Below, piece by piece: positions 19,671 to 28,735 of a stretch of 32,000 nucleotides of DNA. The stretch is from Pasteurella multocida (lineage in GTDB: Bacteria > Pseudomonadota > Gammaproteobacteria > Enterobacterales > Pasteurellaceae). Where the stretch lies: contig NZ_LT906458.1 in assembly GCF_900187275.1 (NCBI RefSeq), positions 1,380,001 to 1,412,000 on the forward strand, written 5' to 3'. The notes beneath the pieces are model-generated. The model made no database searches, had not been told where the DNA came from, and was given only the letters and a program-made list of their open reading frames with translations. Position numbers and translations under genes: made by a program. Within the stretch, counting starts at the first letter, position 1; each line of letters starts with the position of its first letter.

Positions 19671-20600
19671 CTAAACCCAATAATATCTCACCACATGGAA
19701 GAAGATAGGTGCCGCAAAGCATAAACTGTCCATGCGATCTAACATGCCACCATGACCACTGATCATATTGCCCCAATCTTTCACGCCCATACTACGTTTG
19801 ATTGCCGACATCACTAATCCGCCTAAAAAGCCCATTAAACAAATCAGTAAGCTCATCAGAAAGGCTTGTAACGGACTAAACGGGGTTAACCAATACAGTA
19901 AACCACCGAGAATTGAGGCACTTAGGATCCCACCGGCAAACCCTTCCACTGTTTTAGAAGGTGATAATGTCGGCGCAATTTTATGTTTTCCGAATAATTT
20001 GCCCCACACATATTGCAACACATCACTTGATTGCACGACTAAAATTAAGAAAATCATTAACAATAAATTCTTATTCTCAAAACCCACAATATCCAAGGTT
20101 AAGATAGCGGGAATATGGGAAATACAAAATACTGAAATCATAATTGCCCACTGAACTTTCGTGGAACGATCTAGGAAATGTGAGGCATCACCTAGCAAGG
20201 CAGACAAAATCGGTAAAAATAAGAAGGCATACACCGGAATAAAGATCGTAAACATGCTAAACCAGTCGATTGCCACAAAATAATATTGTACGGGGAGAAT
20301 GACATAAAAACAGGCAGCTAACGCAAGATGATCACCACGACGGATATAAATTAATGATAAAAATTCGCGTAATGCCATAAAAGAAATGATAAAAAATAAC
20401 GCAATCACCGCGTAAAAACCAATAAATGCCGCGGCAAAAATAATCAAAATCATGACCCACCACGCATTAATACGGGCATTTAAATTATCAATCACAGCGT
20501 GAGGTGTAGAAAAACCCACTTTCCATTTTAATGTATAACCGATGGCGGAAGCGAGAATTAGGGTGAACATTAAGCCCCAGAAGAGTGTCCAAATTTCCAT
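19671..20600 (-). CDS. Phosphatidate cytidylyltransferase-family protein, YnbB-like CdsA paralogue
   Basis: 309 aa polytopic protein with the CTP-transferase-1 signature (SAIKRSMGVKDWGNMISGHGGMLDRMDS). The canonical cdsA is expected upstream of rseP, outside this window, so this copy is a second one. Confidence 0.8.
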   Translation of the reverse strand: MEIWTLFWGLMFTLILASAIGYTLKWKVGFSTPHAVIDNLNARINAWWVMILIIFAAAFIGFYAVIALFFIISFMALREFLSLIYIRRGDHLALAACFYVILPVQYYFVAIDWFSMFTIFIPVYAFLFLPILSALLGDASHFLDRSTKVQWAIMISVFCISHIPAILTLDIVGFENKNLLLMIFLILVVQSSDVLQYVWGKLFGKHKIAPTLSPSKTVEGFAGGILSASILGGLLYWLTPFSPLQAFLMSLLICLMGFLGGLVMSAIKRSMGVKDWGNMISGHGGMLDRMDSLCFAAPIFFHVVRYYWV

Positions 20601-20601
20601 C

Positions 20602-21230
20602 TTATTCTCCTTGATATTTTGGATTTAAACGTAATAAGGCGTTTTGCGCACGAGCAAGAAAATCGGCTTTTTCTTCCCCTTGTTGGTAACTTAACGGTTC
20701 ACCTAAATACAGATCGCAAAGTAGTGGAATCGGTAAAATAAACCCTTTCGGTAACACATTATGCATATTACTAATCCAAACAGGGACCAATTCTAGCGTT
20801 GGGTTTTGTTTTGCTAAATGAAATAACCCACTTTTAAAAGGTTGTAAGGCAAGATCATCATCAGTCTTACGCGTGCCTTCTGGGAAAATAATTAATGAAC
20901 TGTCTTTTAGTGCGTCGCTAATTTGATTAGTTGCCACCTTAGGATCATCACTACCACGTTCAATCAAGAGCATATTAAAGACCTTTTTCGCTAAAAAACG
21001 GCGGACTTTGCCTTTTAGCCAATAATCTGCACCCGCGACAGGGCGGGTATTTTGGCGTACTTCATAGGGTAAAGACACCCAAAGTAATATAAATCCCCGT
21101 GACTATTATGATTGGCATAATACAGTCGATTTTTTCCTGTAGATTGTTGCGTAACGTTTTTTTGTGGGCGAACACCCGTAATAAAGGAAGTAAAACGACA
21201 TAAAAGAAAATCAATCAGTTTGGCGAGCAT
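20602..21230 (-). pseudogene. PlsC-type lysophospholipid (1-acyl-sn-glycerol-3-phosphate) acyltransferase, interrupted by a 1-nt frameshift
   Basis: ORF 21230-21015 carries the HX4D motif (NHNSHGD). ORF 21078-20602 carries the rest of the domain (VAGADYW...IFPEGTRK). The two frames join if one T is added to the TTT run at 21091-21093 (minus sense), reading HGD-FILLWVSLPYEV. An AAGGAG RBS precedes ATG 21230. Confidence 0.75.
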
Positions 21231-21240
21231 AAAATTCTCC

Positions 21241-21897
21241 TTATTCAGAGGATGAGATATCCGTGCTTGTTTTTTCAGTGCCATGTTCCACTTGGTTAGG
21301 TAACTCAGCTAACCCCGCACGCACACGCTTAATACAGGTCAAAATCAATAATAACACCACGAGCCATGCTACCCAATACAACCATTCCGGCAAAGGAGCG
21401 TAGAAGGTATAAGCCAGCCCTAATACACCAAATAAAAACGCACGATCACTTTTTCCCAGTGGACCATCATAACGACGAGTTTGACCTTGTACTTGCCCTA
21501 AGATGCCACATAATTCCGTCAACGCGGCAAGCCAAATAATCAACCCAATCAGTAGCGGATCAAACGGAAAAATGCAAGCAAAAGGTAAATATAATGCGGC
21601 ATCAGAAACCACATCAGTAATTTCATTTAAATACCCCCCTAAGCGTGATTTTTGATGAAACTCACGTGCGAGCATGCCATCAATCGCATTTAACGCCATA
21701 CGAATAAACAGCCAAATAGGGATCAAAATAAATAACCAATGTACTTCAGCCAGTGCTGTGAGAAAGAGCCCTAGCACAACGGAAATCGCACACGCCAATA
21801 AAGTCACTTGGTTCGCTGTTATCCCACGTTGCGCCAGTTTGACAACCGTTGGGCGTAATAGATTCTGAAATTTAGGTTTTAAATCATAAATACTCAT
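21241..21897 (-). CDS. CDP-alcohol phosphatidyltransferase-family protein, YnbA-like
   Basis: It has the signature DGMLAREFHQKSRLGGYLNEITDVVSD, which fits D-G-x2-A-R-x8-G-x3-D-x3-D. I start at ATG 21897, 7 nt after a GTAGGAG RBS. The ORF-track start at 21903 is a GTG two codons upstream. Confidence 0.8.
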   Translation of the reverse strand: MSIYDLKPKFQNLLRPTVVKLAQRGITANQVTLLACAISVVLGLFLTALAEVHWLFILIPIWLFIRMALNAIDGMLAREFHQKSRLGGYLNEITDVVSDAALYLPFACIFPFDPLLIGLIIWLAALTELCGILGQVQGQTRRYDGPLGKSDRAFLFGVLGLAYTFYAPLPEWLYWVAWLVVLLLILTCIKRVRAGLAELPNQVEHGTEKTSTDISSSE

Positions 21898-21911
21898 GAG
21901 CACGCTCCTAC

Positions 21912-23768
21912 TCAGAATGGGAACAGTAAAGGAATTAAAAAGACACTTACGATCATCACTAATAAAGTGAAAGGTACACCAACTTTAACAAAATCCGCAA
22001 ATTTATACCCACCGGGACCTAATACCATGGTATTCACAGGGGAGGACACTGGCGTCATAAATGCAGCGGAGGCTGCGACTGCAATAATCATCGCAAATGG
22101 CATCGGTGATACTTGTAATTGATGGGCGATGGTAATCGCAATGGGAGCCATTAAAATGGCCGTTGCGGTATTAGAAATGAATAGACTCACCGCTGCGCAG
22201 AGTAAAAATAAACTCATTAACACCGCATGTAAACCTAATCCCCCCACTGCATCTAACATTAATTTCACCGCTAAATCTACACCACCGGTTTTTTGCAAAG
22301 CGATAGAAAAAGGCATCATACCCACAATTAACACTAAACTTGACCAATGGATCGATTCATACGCACTTTTCCCATCGACACAACGGAAATAACCGAGCAT
22401 TAAACACGCAATTAGGGCAGCAATCACATTCGGTACAACTCCACTCACCATTAATACCACCATGGTTAAAATCGCAAATACCGCATGTGGTGCTTGTGTG
22501 GCGGCGGGGACCGCTCTTTCCATTTCAAGCGGATAGTTTAAAACATAAAAATCTTTCGCATGATGCTGCATCTGTGCAATGGCTTTCCAATCCCCGACGA
22601 CGAGAATCAAATCCCCTAAAGCATAACTGACATCCGAAAAATTACCGACTAAGACTTCACCATCACGTTTTACTCCCACCACATTTAAACCAAATTGTGA
22701 ACGAAAACGCAACTCCGATGTGGTTTTTCCAATACAATCGGAATCTGGTACAAGTGTGATTTCTGCCATGCCAATGGATTTCGCTTGTTGTGAGAAACTT
22801 TGGCTACGAATTTCCGCCATTTCTAAATGATTTTCTTGGCAAAACTGCTCTAAATCGAATTCAGGATGACTGCTGTCCATCATTAAAATATCTTTCTCAC
22901 GAATCTCAGAGGTGCCTAGCGCGGCAATAAACATCGGTCTAAATCGTTTCCAACGTTCAATAGCTAACACATTTAAGCCATAACTAGAACGCAGATGAAG
23001 TTCGTCTAAATTTTTCCCAATGAATGGCGAGCCTTTTTTGACAACCAGTCGTTTGGTCCGCTCACGTAGCCCATACTCATCGATCAAATCATTCATTGAG
23101 CGTCGACTGGTATCTTTTTTGGTTTGTTCTTCAGGATCAGTTAACCAACGGCGCGCCACTAACATATATAAAATCCCCATGGTCAGTACGACTAGACCGA
23201 TAGGGGTAAAATCAAAGAAGTGAAAACGAAAATCCGTATTACGAATCAATTCCGCATTGACGACTAAGTTAGGAGCGGTGGCAATCAAGGTCATCATGCC
23301 ACTAATTAAACCAGCGACACTCAGCGGCATCATAAGCCGTTTCGGTGAGATATTCATTTGCTGACAAATGACTAACACCACTGGAATAAAAATCGCCACA
23401 ATCCCTGTCGAACTCATAAACGAACCGAGTACCGCCACCGCGAGCATTAACAAAATTAGCACTTTGGTTTCATTATTTTTCGAGGCTTTTAATAACCATT
23501 CACTCACTTGATAAGCAATCCCAGTACGTACAATTCCTTCTCCGACAATGAAAAGTAATGCAATCAAAATGACATTAGGATCACTAAAGCCTGCTAAAAC
23601 TTCATTTACACTTAAAATGCCACTTAACGCAAAGGCGACAATCACTAATAATGCCACCACATCCATGCGGATTTTATTACGTACAAATAAGACAATCGCG
23701 CCAAATAAGAGCAGTAAGACCCAAAATAACGAACTTGTCCAGAAAGGTGCTTGTAAGCTGAGCTCCAC
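21912..23768 (-). CDS. SLC13/DASS (ion transporter superfamily) permease with a central cytoplasmic region resembling tandem TrkA-C (RCK_C) domains, YfbS-like
   Basis: 618 aa. Two polytopic halves flank a soluble insert of about 200 aa with two repeated motifs (SP/KT..L..L.LRS.YGLNV / SQFGLNVVGVKR). GTG start with a GAGGAG RBS 6 nt upstream. Confidence 0.75.
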   Translation of the reverse strand: MELSLQAPFWTSSLFWVLLLLFGAIVLFVRNKIRMDVVALLVIVAFALSGILSVNEVLAGFSDPNVILIALLFIVGEGIVRTGIAYQVSEWLLKASKNNETKVLILLMLAVAVLGSFMSSTGIVAIFIPVVLVICQQMNISPKRLMMPLSVAGLISGMMTLIATAPNLVVNAELIRNTDFRFHFFDFTPIGLVVLTMGILYMLVARRWLTDPEEQTKKDTSRRSMNDLIDEYGLRERTKRLVVKKGSPFIGKNLDELHLRSSYGLNVLAIERWKRFRPMFIAALGTSEIREKDILMMDSSHPEFDLEQFCQENHLEMAEIRSQSFSQQAKSIGMAEITLVPDSDCIGKTTSELRFRSQFGLNVVGVKRDGEVLVGNFSDVSYALGDLILVVGDWKAIAQMQHHAKDFYVLNYPLEMERAVPAATQAPHAVFAILTMVVLMVSGVVPNVIAALIACLMLGYFRCVDGKSAYESIHWSSLVLIVGMMPFSIALQKTGGVDLAVKLMLDAVGGLGLHAVLMSLFLLCAAVSLFISNTATAILMAPIAITIAHQLQVSPMPFAMIIAVAASAAFMTPVSSPVNTMVLGPGGYKFADFVKVGVPFTLLVMIVSVFLIPLLFPF

Positions 23769-23798
23769 GTTAAACTCCTCACAAAATAAATAGATGAA

Positions 23799-24392
23799 TT
23801 ATAAAGTATTGAGTAATTTTCGCACAGGCGCAAAACTACGTCTATGCTGGGCTAAAGGTCCCAACTCGGCTAATTTGGCTAAATGCAACGCCGTTGGGTA
23901 ACCTTTATGTTGCGCAAAGGCATATTCCGGATAGCGTTTATCTAACTCAGCCATTTCTTGATCGCGTGCGACTTTCGCCAAAATGGAGGCAGCGCTGATT
24001 TCTGCCACCAGTCCATCACCTTTCACAATCGCTTGTGCTGGGATCATGAGCTCTGGCACACGATTGCCATCCACTAACACAAAGTGCGGTTGAATTTTCA
24101 AATTTTCGACCGCTCTTTTCATCGCTAACATGGTGGCATGCAAAATATTTAATTGATCAATTTCCTCTGCTTCTGCGCGCCCCAAACTCCAAGCTAAGGC
24201 TTTTTGCTTAATTTCTTCGGCTAACAAAAGGCGTTTTTTTTCAGACAGTTTTTTCGAGTCATTGAGACCTAAAATAGGTTGATGAGGATCTAAAATCACC
24301 GCTGCCGTCACAACCGCGCCCACTAAAGGTCCGCGCCCGACTTCATCCACACCTGCAATGAGTTCAACCCCTTTGGGATATTCAAATACCAT
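23799..24392 (-). CDS. rnhB: Ribonuclease HII
   Basis: 197 aa starting at ATG 24392 ([28 protein letters not shown]). I chose this start because it falls 1 nt after the lpxB stop. The ORF-track start at 24422 would overlap lpxB by 29 nt. Confidence 0.9.
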   Translation of the reverse strand: MVFEYPKGVELIAGVDEVGRGPLVGAVVTAAVILDPHQPILGLNDSKKLSEKKRLLLAEEIKQKALAWSLGRAEAEEIDQLNILHATMLAMKRAVENLKIQPHFVLVDGNRVPELMIPAQAIVKGDGLVAEISAASILAKVARDQEMAELDKRYPEYAFAQHKGYPTALHLAKLAELGPLAQHRRSFAPVRKLLNTL

Positions 24393-24393
24393 G

Positions 24394-25572
24394 TTATTTA
24401 TCCTCTTGTTCGAGTAATTCAATCACAGCTTGTGCCGCTTGTTTATCTGCATCACATTGGATCAACTTGTGTAAATCCGTAAAGCGTTGAATTAATGCAT
24501 GACGTTGTTGTAACGCGCTTTCTTCTTGGCTTAAATAAAGCGCCAGTTTTTCAGCAAGATTTTCTGCTGTACATTGCTCTTGGATAAGCTCTGGTACCAA
24601 CATTTCATTCGCCAATAAATTCGGTAAGGAAACATATTCTGTTTTCACTAAGCGCTTTGCTAAGAAGTAAGTAGTTGCTTTCATACGATAACCCACCACC
24701 ATCGGCGATTTACATAACATGGCTTCTAGCGCTGCCGTCCCTGACGCTAATAAGGTTGCTTCTGCGGCTATCATGGCTTGGCGAGCCTTTCCGTCTAACA
24801 AGATCAGCTCTAATTCTGGCGCGACTTGCGCTTTAATTTGTTCAAATTGTTCACGACGCTTAGCATTAATCAATGGAACCAAGAATTGAATATCAGGATA
24901 TTGTTGTTTTAACAATTTAGCCGCTTGCAAAAAAGGTTCCGCTAAAAAGGTAACTTCTGAACCACGACTTCCAACAAGTATCGCCACATAACGCTGACTT
25001 GCATCAAGATTTAAATATTCACAAGCTTCCTGACGATTTGGTTTTAATGCGATCGCATCTGCCATCGTATGACCGATAAAACGGCAAGGCACCTCAAAAC
25101 GATCATAAAATGCTTTTTCAAAAGGTAAAAAAGCTAAAACGAGATGCGTCGCTTTGGCAATTTTATGAATACGATTCTGACGCCAAGCCCAAACGGAAGG
25201 GCTGACATAATGTATGGTTTTGATGCCATTTTCTTTTAACTTCAATTCAACGTCGATATTAAAATCCGGCGCATCAATACCAATGAAAATATCTGGCTTT
25301 TCTTGCAACATGGTGTGAATTAATTGACGACGGATTTTCAATAAACGGGGTAAGTGTTTCACCACTTCGGCTAATCCCATGACTGAAAGCTCTTCCATAT
25401 CTACCAAGGTTTCCGCGCCTTCTGCCAACATTCGAGGCCCCGCGATCCCAATAAATCGTGCATGAGGATACTGAACTTTCAAACTGCGGATAAGCCCAGC
25501 ACCCAAAATATCACCCGACACTTCGCCGGCAACAATGGCAATCGTCGGCGGCTGTTTATGTATTTCTTTCAT
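24394..25572 (-). CDS. lpxB: Lipid-A-disaccharide synthase
   Basis: 392 aa GT19-family protein ([18 protein letters not shown]...). It sits in the conserved lpxA-lpxB-rnhB order. Confidence 0.95.
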   Translation of the reverse strand: MKEIHKQPPTIAIVAGEVSGDILGAGLIRSLKVQYPHARFIGIAGPRMLAEGAETLVDMEELSVMGLAEVVKHLPRLLKIRRQLIHTMLQEKPDIFIGIDAPDFNIDVELKLKENGIKTIHYVSPSVWAWRQNRIHKIAKATHLVLAFLPFEKAFYDRFEVPCRFIGHTMADAIALKPNRQEACEYLNLDASQRYVAILVGSRGSEVTFLAEPFLQAAKLLKQQYPDIQFLVPLINAKRREQFEQIKAQVAPELELILLDGKARQAMIAAEATLLASGTAALEAMLCKSPMVVGYRMKATTYFLAKRLVKTEYVSLPNLLANEMLVPELIQEQCTAENLAEKLALYLSQEESALQQRHALIQRFTDLHKLIQCDADKQAAQAVIELLEQEDK

Positions 25573-25595
25573 CTCTCAATCCTAGATAAAAAACA

Positions 25596-25623
25596 ACCGC
25601 ACTTCTCAGGAAAAAAGTGCGGT
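25596..25623. repeat. Inverted pair of uptake signal sequences (ACCGCACTT / AAGTGCGGT) forming a hairpin in the lpxA-lpxB spacer
   Basis: ACCGCACTT (25596-25604) and AAGTGCGGT (25615-25623) are exact reverse complements separated by 10 nt. Confidence 0.9.
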
Positions 25624-25647
25624 CGATTTGAGTCAAATTTCGCTTAA

Positions 25648-26436
25648 TTAACGAATAATTCCGCGTGTTGAACGCTTGAAAAACTCAACAAAGAAGCTAA
25701 TCGCTGATTCTTTTGCCGCCACTTGTTCAATTTCGGGCATCACTTCTTCTAAGGTTTTGCCACTGCGGTAAATCAGTTTATACACATTGCGAATCGCATG
25801 TAAGGTCGGTTTATCAAAACCACGACGTTTCAAGCCTTCAATATTCACACCAAACGGTTTTGCGTGGTTGCCTTGCGCCATCACATAAGGTGGTACATCT
25901 TGGCTAACCATTGAACCACCACCTAGCATCACGTGTGCGCCGACAATGACAAATTGATGAATCGCAGACATCCCACCAACAATCACAAAATCATCGAGCT
26001 CAACATGCCCTGCTAATGTTGCATTATTGGCTAAAATACAACGATTCTTAATGCGGCAATCATGTGCTACATGCACATTCACCATCAATAAGTTATCATC
26101 ACCAATTACCGTCACAGAACCGCCCTGCGCTGTACCACGGTGAATCGTCACACTCTCACGAATGCGGTTACGATCACCGATGATCGTTCTGGTTGGCTCA
26201 CCTTGGTATTTTAAATCTTGGTTGGTGTCGCCAATACTGGCGAATTGAAAAATTTGGTTATCGCGCCCAATCTTAGTAATGCCTTTGACGACAACATGCG
26301 AATGTAAGATCGTACCTGCACCAATTTCGACTTCTGCACCAACAAGACAAAAGGGACCGATAACAACATTCTCACCAATTTTTGCTCCAGCCTCCACAAT
26401 TGAGGTAGGATGAATCTGTGCGGTTGGGTGGATCAT
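25648..26436 (-). CDS. lpxA: Acyl-ACP--UDP-N-acetylglucosamine O-acyltransferase
   Basis: 262 aa with left-handed beta-helix hexapeptide repeats. It sits in the conserved position after fabZ. Confidence 0.96.
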   Translation of the reverse strand: MIHPTAQIHPTSIVEAGAKIGENVVIGPFCLVGAEVEIGAGTILHSHVVVKGITKIGRDNQIFQFASIGDTNQDLKYQGEPTRTIIGDRNRIRESVTIHRGTAQGGSVTVIGDDNLLMVNVHVAHDCRIKNRCILANNATLAGHVELDDFVIVGGMSAIHQFVIVGAHVMLGGGSMVSQDVPPYVMAQGNHAKPFGVNIEGLKRRGFDKPTLHAIRNVYKLIYRSGKTLEEVMPEIEQVAAKESAISFFVEFFKRSTRGIIR

Positions 26437-26453
26437 ATTTTACTCCTTGCTTA

Positions 26454-26912
26454 TTATGCGGGACGACGAGCACACATTAATTCTGCTTCGCACACCACTT
26501 GACCATCTACGGTTGCCACACCAGTGAAACGCGTAATACCGCGACGCTCTTTCAAGAAGTGAACTTCTAACACCATTTGATCACCAGGTAACACAGGACG
26601 TTTAAAGCGCGCATTATCAATTGCAGCAAAATAATAAATTTCATTTTCTAATTGACGGTAAGTTTTACAGGCGAGCACCCCCGTCGCTTGTGCCATGGCT
26701 TCCAAAATCAACACACCCGGAAAAATCGGTTGTTCTGGGAAATGTCCCGTAAAGCAAGGCTCATTTACGCTAATATTTTTTACAGCTTTAAGCCATTTAC
26801 CTTCTTCATAATCCACCACACGATCCACTAATAAAAAAGGATAACGGTGAGGAAGCAATTTCATAATTTCATTTGCTTCAATGATTTTTGTTGTGGTAGT
26901 TTCAGTTGTCAC
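26454..26912 (-). CDS. fabZ: 3-hydroxyacyl-ACP dehydratase
   Basis: Hot-dog fold motifs ([14 protein letters not shown]...FTGHFP...PGVL). The ORF track opens at a TTG (26927). I prefer GTG 26912, which lies 7 nt after a GGAAGG RBS. The start remains uncertain. Confidence 0.88.
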   Translation of the reverse strand: MTTETTTTKIIEANEIMKLLPHRYPFLLVDRVVDYEEGKWLKAVKNISVNEPCFTGHFPEQPIFPGVLILEAMAQATGVLACKTYRQLENEIYYFAAIDNARFKRPVLPGDQMVLEVHFLKERRGITRFTGVATVDGQVVCEAELMCARRPA

Positions 26913-26997
26913 AATAGTACCTTCCAATAAAAATAAAACGATAAAACATTCAAAATTATACGGTATTTACGTGCTGAATACAAAACGCACCACAAAA

Positions 26998-27006
26998 AAG
27001 TGCGGT
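26998..27006 (+). repeat. Uptake signal sequence core AAGTGCGGT in the lpxD-fabZ spacer
   Basis: Exact 9-mer read in the sequence. Confidence 0.9.
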
Positions 27007-27017
27007 TCGTTTCACGC

Positions 27018-28046
27018 TTATTTCTTCTCGAATTTCTTTTCTAAGGCTTTTAACCGTTTATTCATCGCATCAATGCCTAACGTCAATGCAGCGGTTTTAC
27101 GCCATTCTTTATTCGTTTGTAATGGGATACCCGAAGAGTACACGCCAGGTTCAGTAATTGGACGCATCACCATCCCCATACCTGTAATCGTCACTTTATC
27201 GCAGATTTCCATGTGTCCATTGATCACACTGGCACCACCAATTAAGCAATAGCGTCCGACGGTCAAGCTACCAGCCATAATCACCCCACCAGCAACTGCA
27301 GTCCCGGTCCCAATATGGACGTTATGCGCAATTTGGCAAAGATTATCAATAATCACATTATCTTCAATGACCGTTGGATCTAACGCACCTCGATCAATAC
27401 AAGTGCAAGCGCCAATTTCGACATGATTGCCAATAATAACTTGTCCAACTTGTGGAATTTTAATCCAACGCCCACGATCATTGGCGTAACCAAAACCATC
27501 ACTACCGATCACTGCACCAGATTGAATTAAACAATGTTGCCCTATTTCAACCTCATGATAAACACTGACATTTGCCCATAGCTGGGTATAAGCACCAATT
27601 TTGCTATTTTTGCCGACAAAGCAGTTAGCACCAATGACTACATGATCACCAAGCGTTACCCCGTCTTCAATCACCGCATTGGCACCAATTGAGACATTTT
27701 TGCCTATCACAGCACTAGCCGATACCACCGCACTGGCGGCAATGCCGCTCGCAGCTTTCGGCGTGCTATCCATATATTGTGCTAGAACGGCATAAGCCAC
27801 GTACGGATCTTTTACAATCAATAAATTACTTTGCTCTGCACAAAACGCCACATCCGCTTCTGACACCACCAAAATCCCGGCATGAGATTGTGCCAGTAAG
27901 GAACGGAACTTAGGATTAGAAATAAAGGTAAGCTGTTTTTCTGTCGCCTTATCTAAAGGCGCAATACTTTCTACAACAACATCGGCGTTACCACGAATGG
28001 TAGCGCCGATCTGTTGTGCTAATTCTTGGAGGGAATAAACTTGCAT
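27018..28046 (-). CDS. lpxD: UDP-3-O-(3-hydroxyacyl)glucosamine N-acyltransferase
   Basis: 342 aa with hexapeptide repeats and a C-terminal helical tail. The ATG overlaps the skp stop (TAATG). Confidence 0.95.
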   Translation of the reverse strand: MQVYSLQELAQQIGATIRGNADVVVESIAPLDKATEKQLTFISNPKFRSLLAQSHAGILVVSEADVAFCAEQSNLLIVKDPYVAYAVLAQYMDSTPKAASGIAASAVVSASAVIGKNVSIGANAVIEDGVTLGDHVVIGANCFVGKNSKIGAYTQLWANVSVYHEVEIGQHCLIQSGAVIGSDGFGYANDRGRWIKIPQVGQVIIGNHVEIGACTCIDRGALDPTVIEDNVIIDNLCQIAHNVHIGTGTAVAGGVIMAGSLTVGRYCLIGGASVINGHMEICDKVTITGMGMVMRPITEPGVYSSGIPLQTNKEWRKTAALTLGIDAMNKRLKALEKKFEKK

Positions 28047-28627
28047 TATTTCGCCTGTGTCGCAGGAATGACTTTTAGAACATCTTCAGTAATATTTTTT
28101 GCATCTGCAGCAAACACGACTGCACCTTCATTCAGTACTAATGTATAGTTTTTCTCTCTTGCAACCGTATTTACCGCGTTTTGAATGCTATCCACTAATT
28201 TTGCGGTTTCTTCACGTTCACGTTTTGCATAATCGTCTTGATATTTACTGACTTCTTCATCATGTGCAGTAACGAGTTTATTGATCGCTTCTTGCTCGCT
28301 ATTGCCGAGTTTATTGATTTCTTCTTCACGTTTTTTAATATCTGCACTGCGTAATTTCGGGGCATCTTTTTGTAATGCAGCAACTTTGGCTTCAACTTTC
28401 TTTTGAGAAGCGGCAATTTTTTCATCAATGCTTTTTTTATTTGCAGTGAGTTTTTCTACTCTGGCTTTAAACTCTGACTCTAATTTTTCTGCCACCATTT
28501 TACGATCTGGGTGATTTTGAAATAAATAATCCCCACTGATAAATGCAATATTTTCTGTGGCCATGGCTAAAGACGAAGTAAAGGCTAATGCTAAAGAAAG
28601 TGCGGTAACTTTGACTGCTTTTTTCAT
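28046..28627 (-). CDS. skp: Periplasmic chaperone Skp (OmpH)
   Basis: 193 aa with a signal peptide ([11 protein letters not shown]) and a Lys/Glu-rich coiled-coil body. It lies between bamA and lpxD. Confidence 0.9.
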   Translation of the reverse strand: MKKAVKVTALSLALAFTSSLAMATENIAFISGDYLFQNHPDRKMVAEKLESEFKARVEKLTANKKSIDEKIAASQKKVEAKVAALQKDAPKLRSADIKKREEEINKLGNSEQEAINKLVTAHDEEVSKYQDDYAKREREETAKLVDSIQNAVNTVAREKNYTLVLNEGAVVFAADAKNITEDVLKVIPATQAK

Positions 28628-28666
28628 TGGTTTCTTTTCCTATTTCAATAAAGATATGAATAAATA

Positions 28667-28690
28667 CTGTGCCGAACGCTGACGGCACAG
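28667..28690 (-). terminator. Hairpin in the bamA-skp spacer; possible weak terminator or attenuator
   Basis: CTGTGCCG (28667-28674) pairs with CGGCACAG (28683-28690) around an 8-nt loop. On the minus strand only an interrupted T-rich tail follows (TATTTATTCAT). Confidence 0.4.
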
Positions 28691-28735
28691 ATGGCTGTTT
28701 AGACTACAATTTTTTACATAAGTTCCAATCGCTTA

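Noticed and set aside
20602-21284. Treating 21015-21284 and 20602-21078 as two independent overlapping genes
   Set aside because: The catalytic HX4D motif and the substrate-binding FPEGTR motif of a single acyltransferase domain are split between them. They rejoin with a 1-nt correction, and the second ORF has no RBS. I interpret this as one frameshifted gene.
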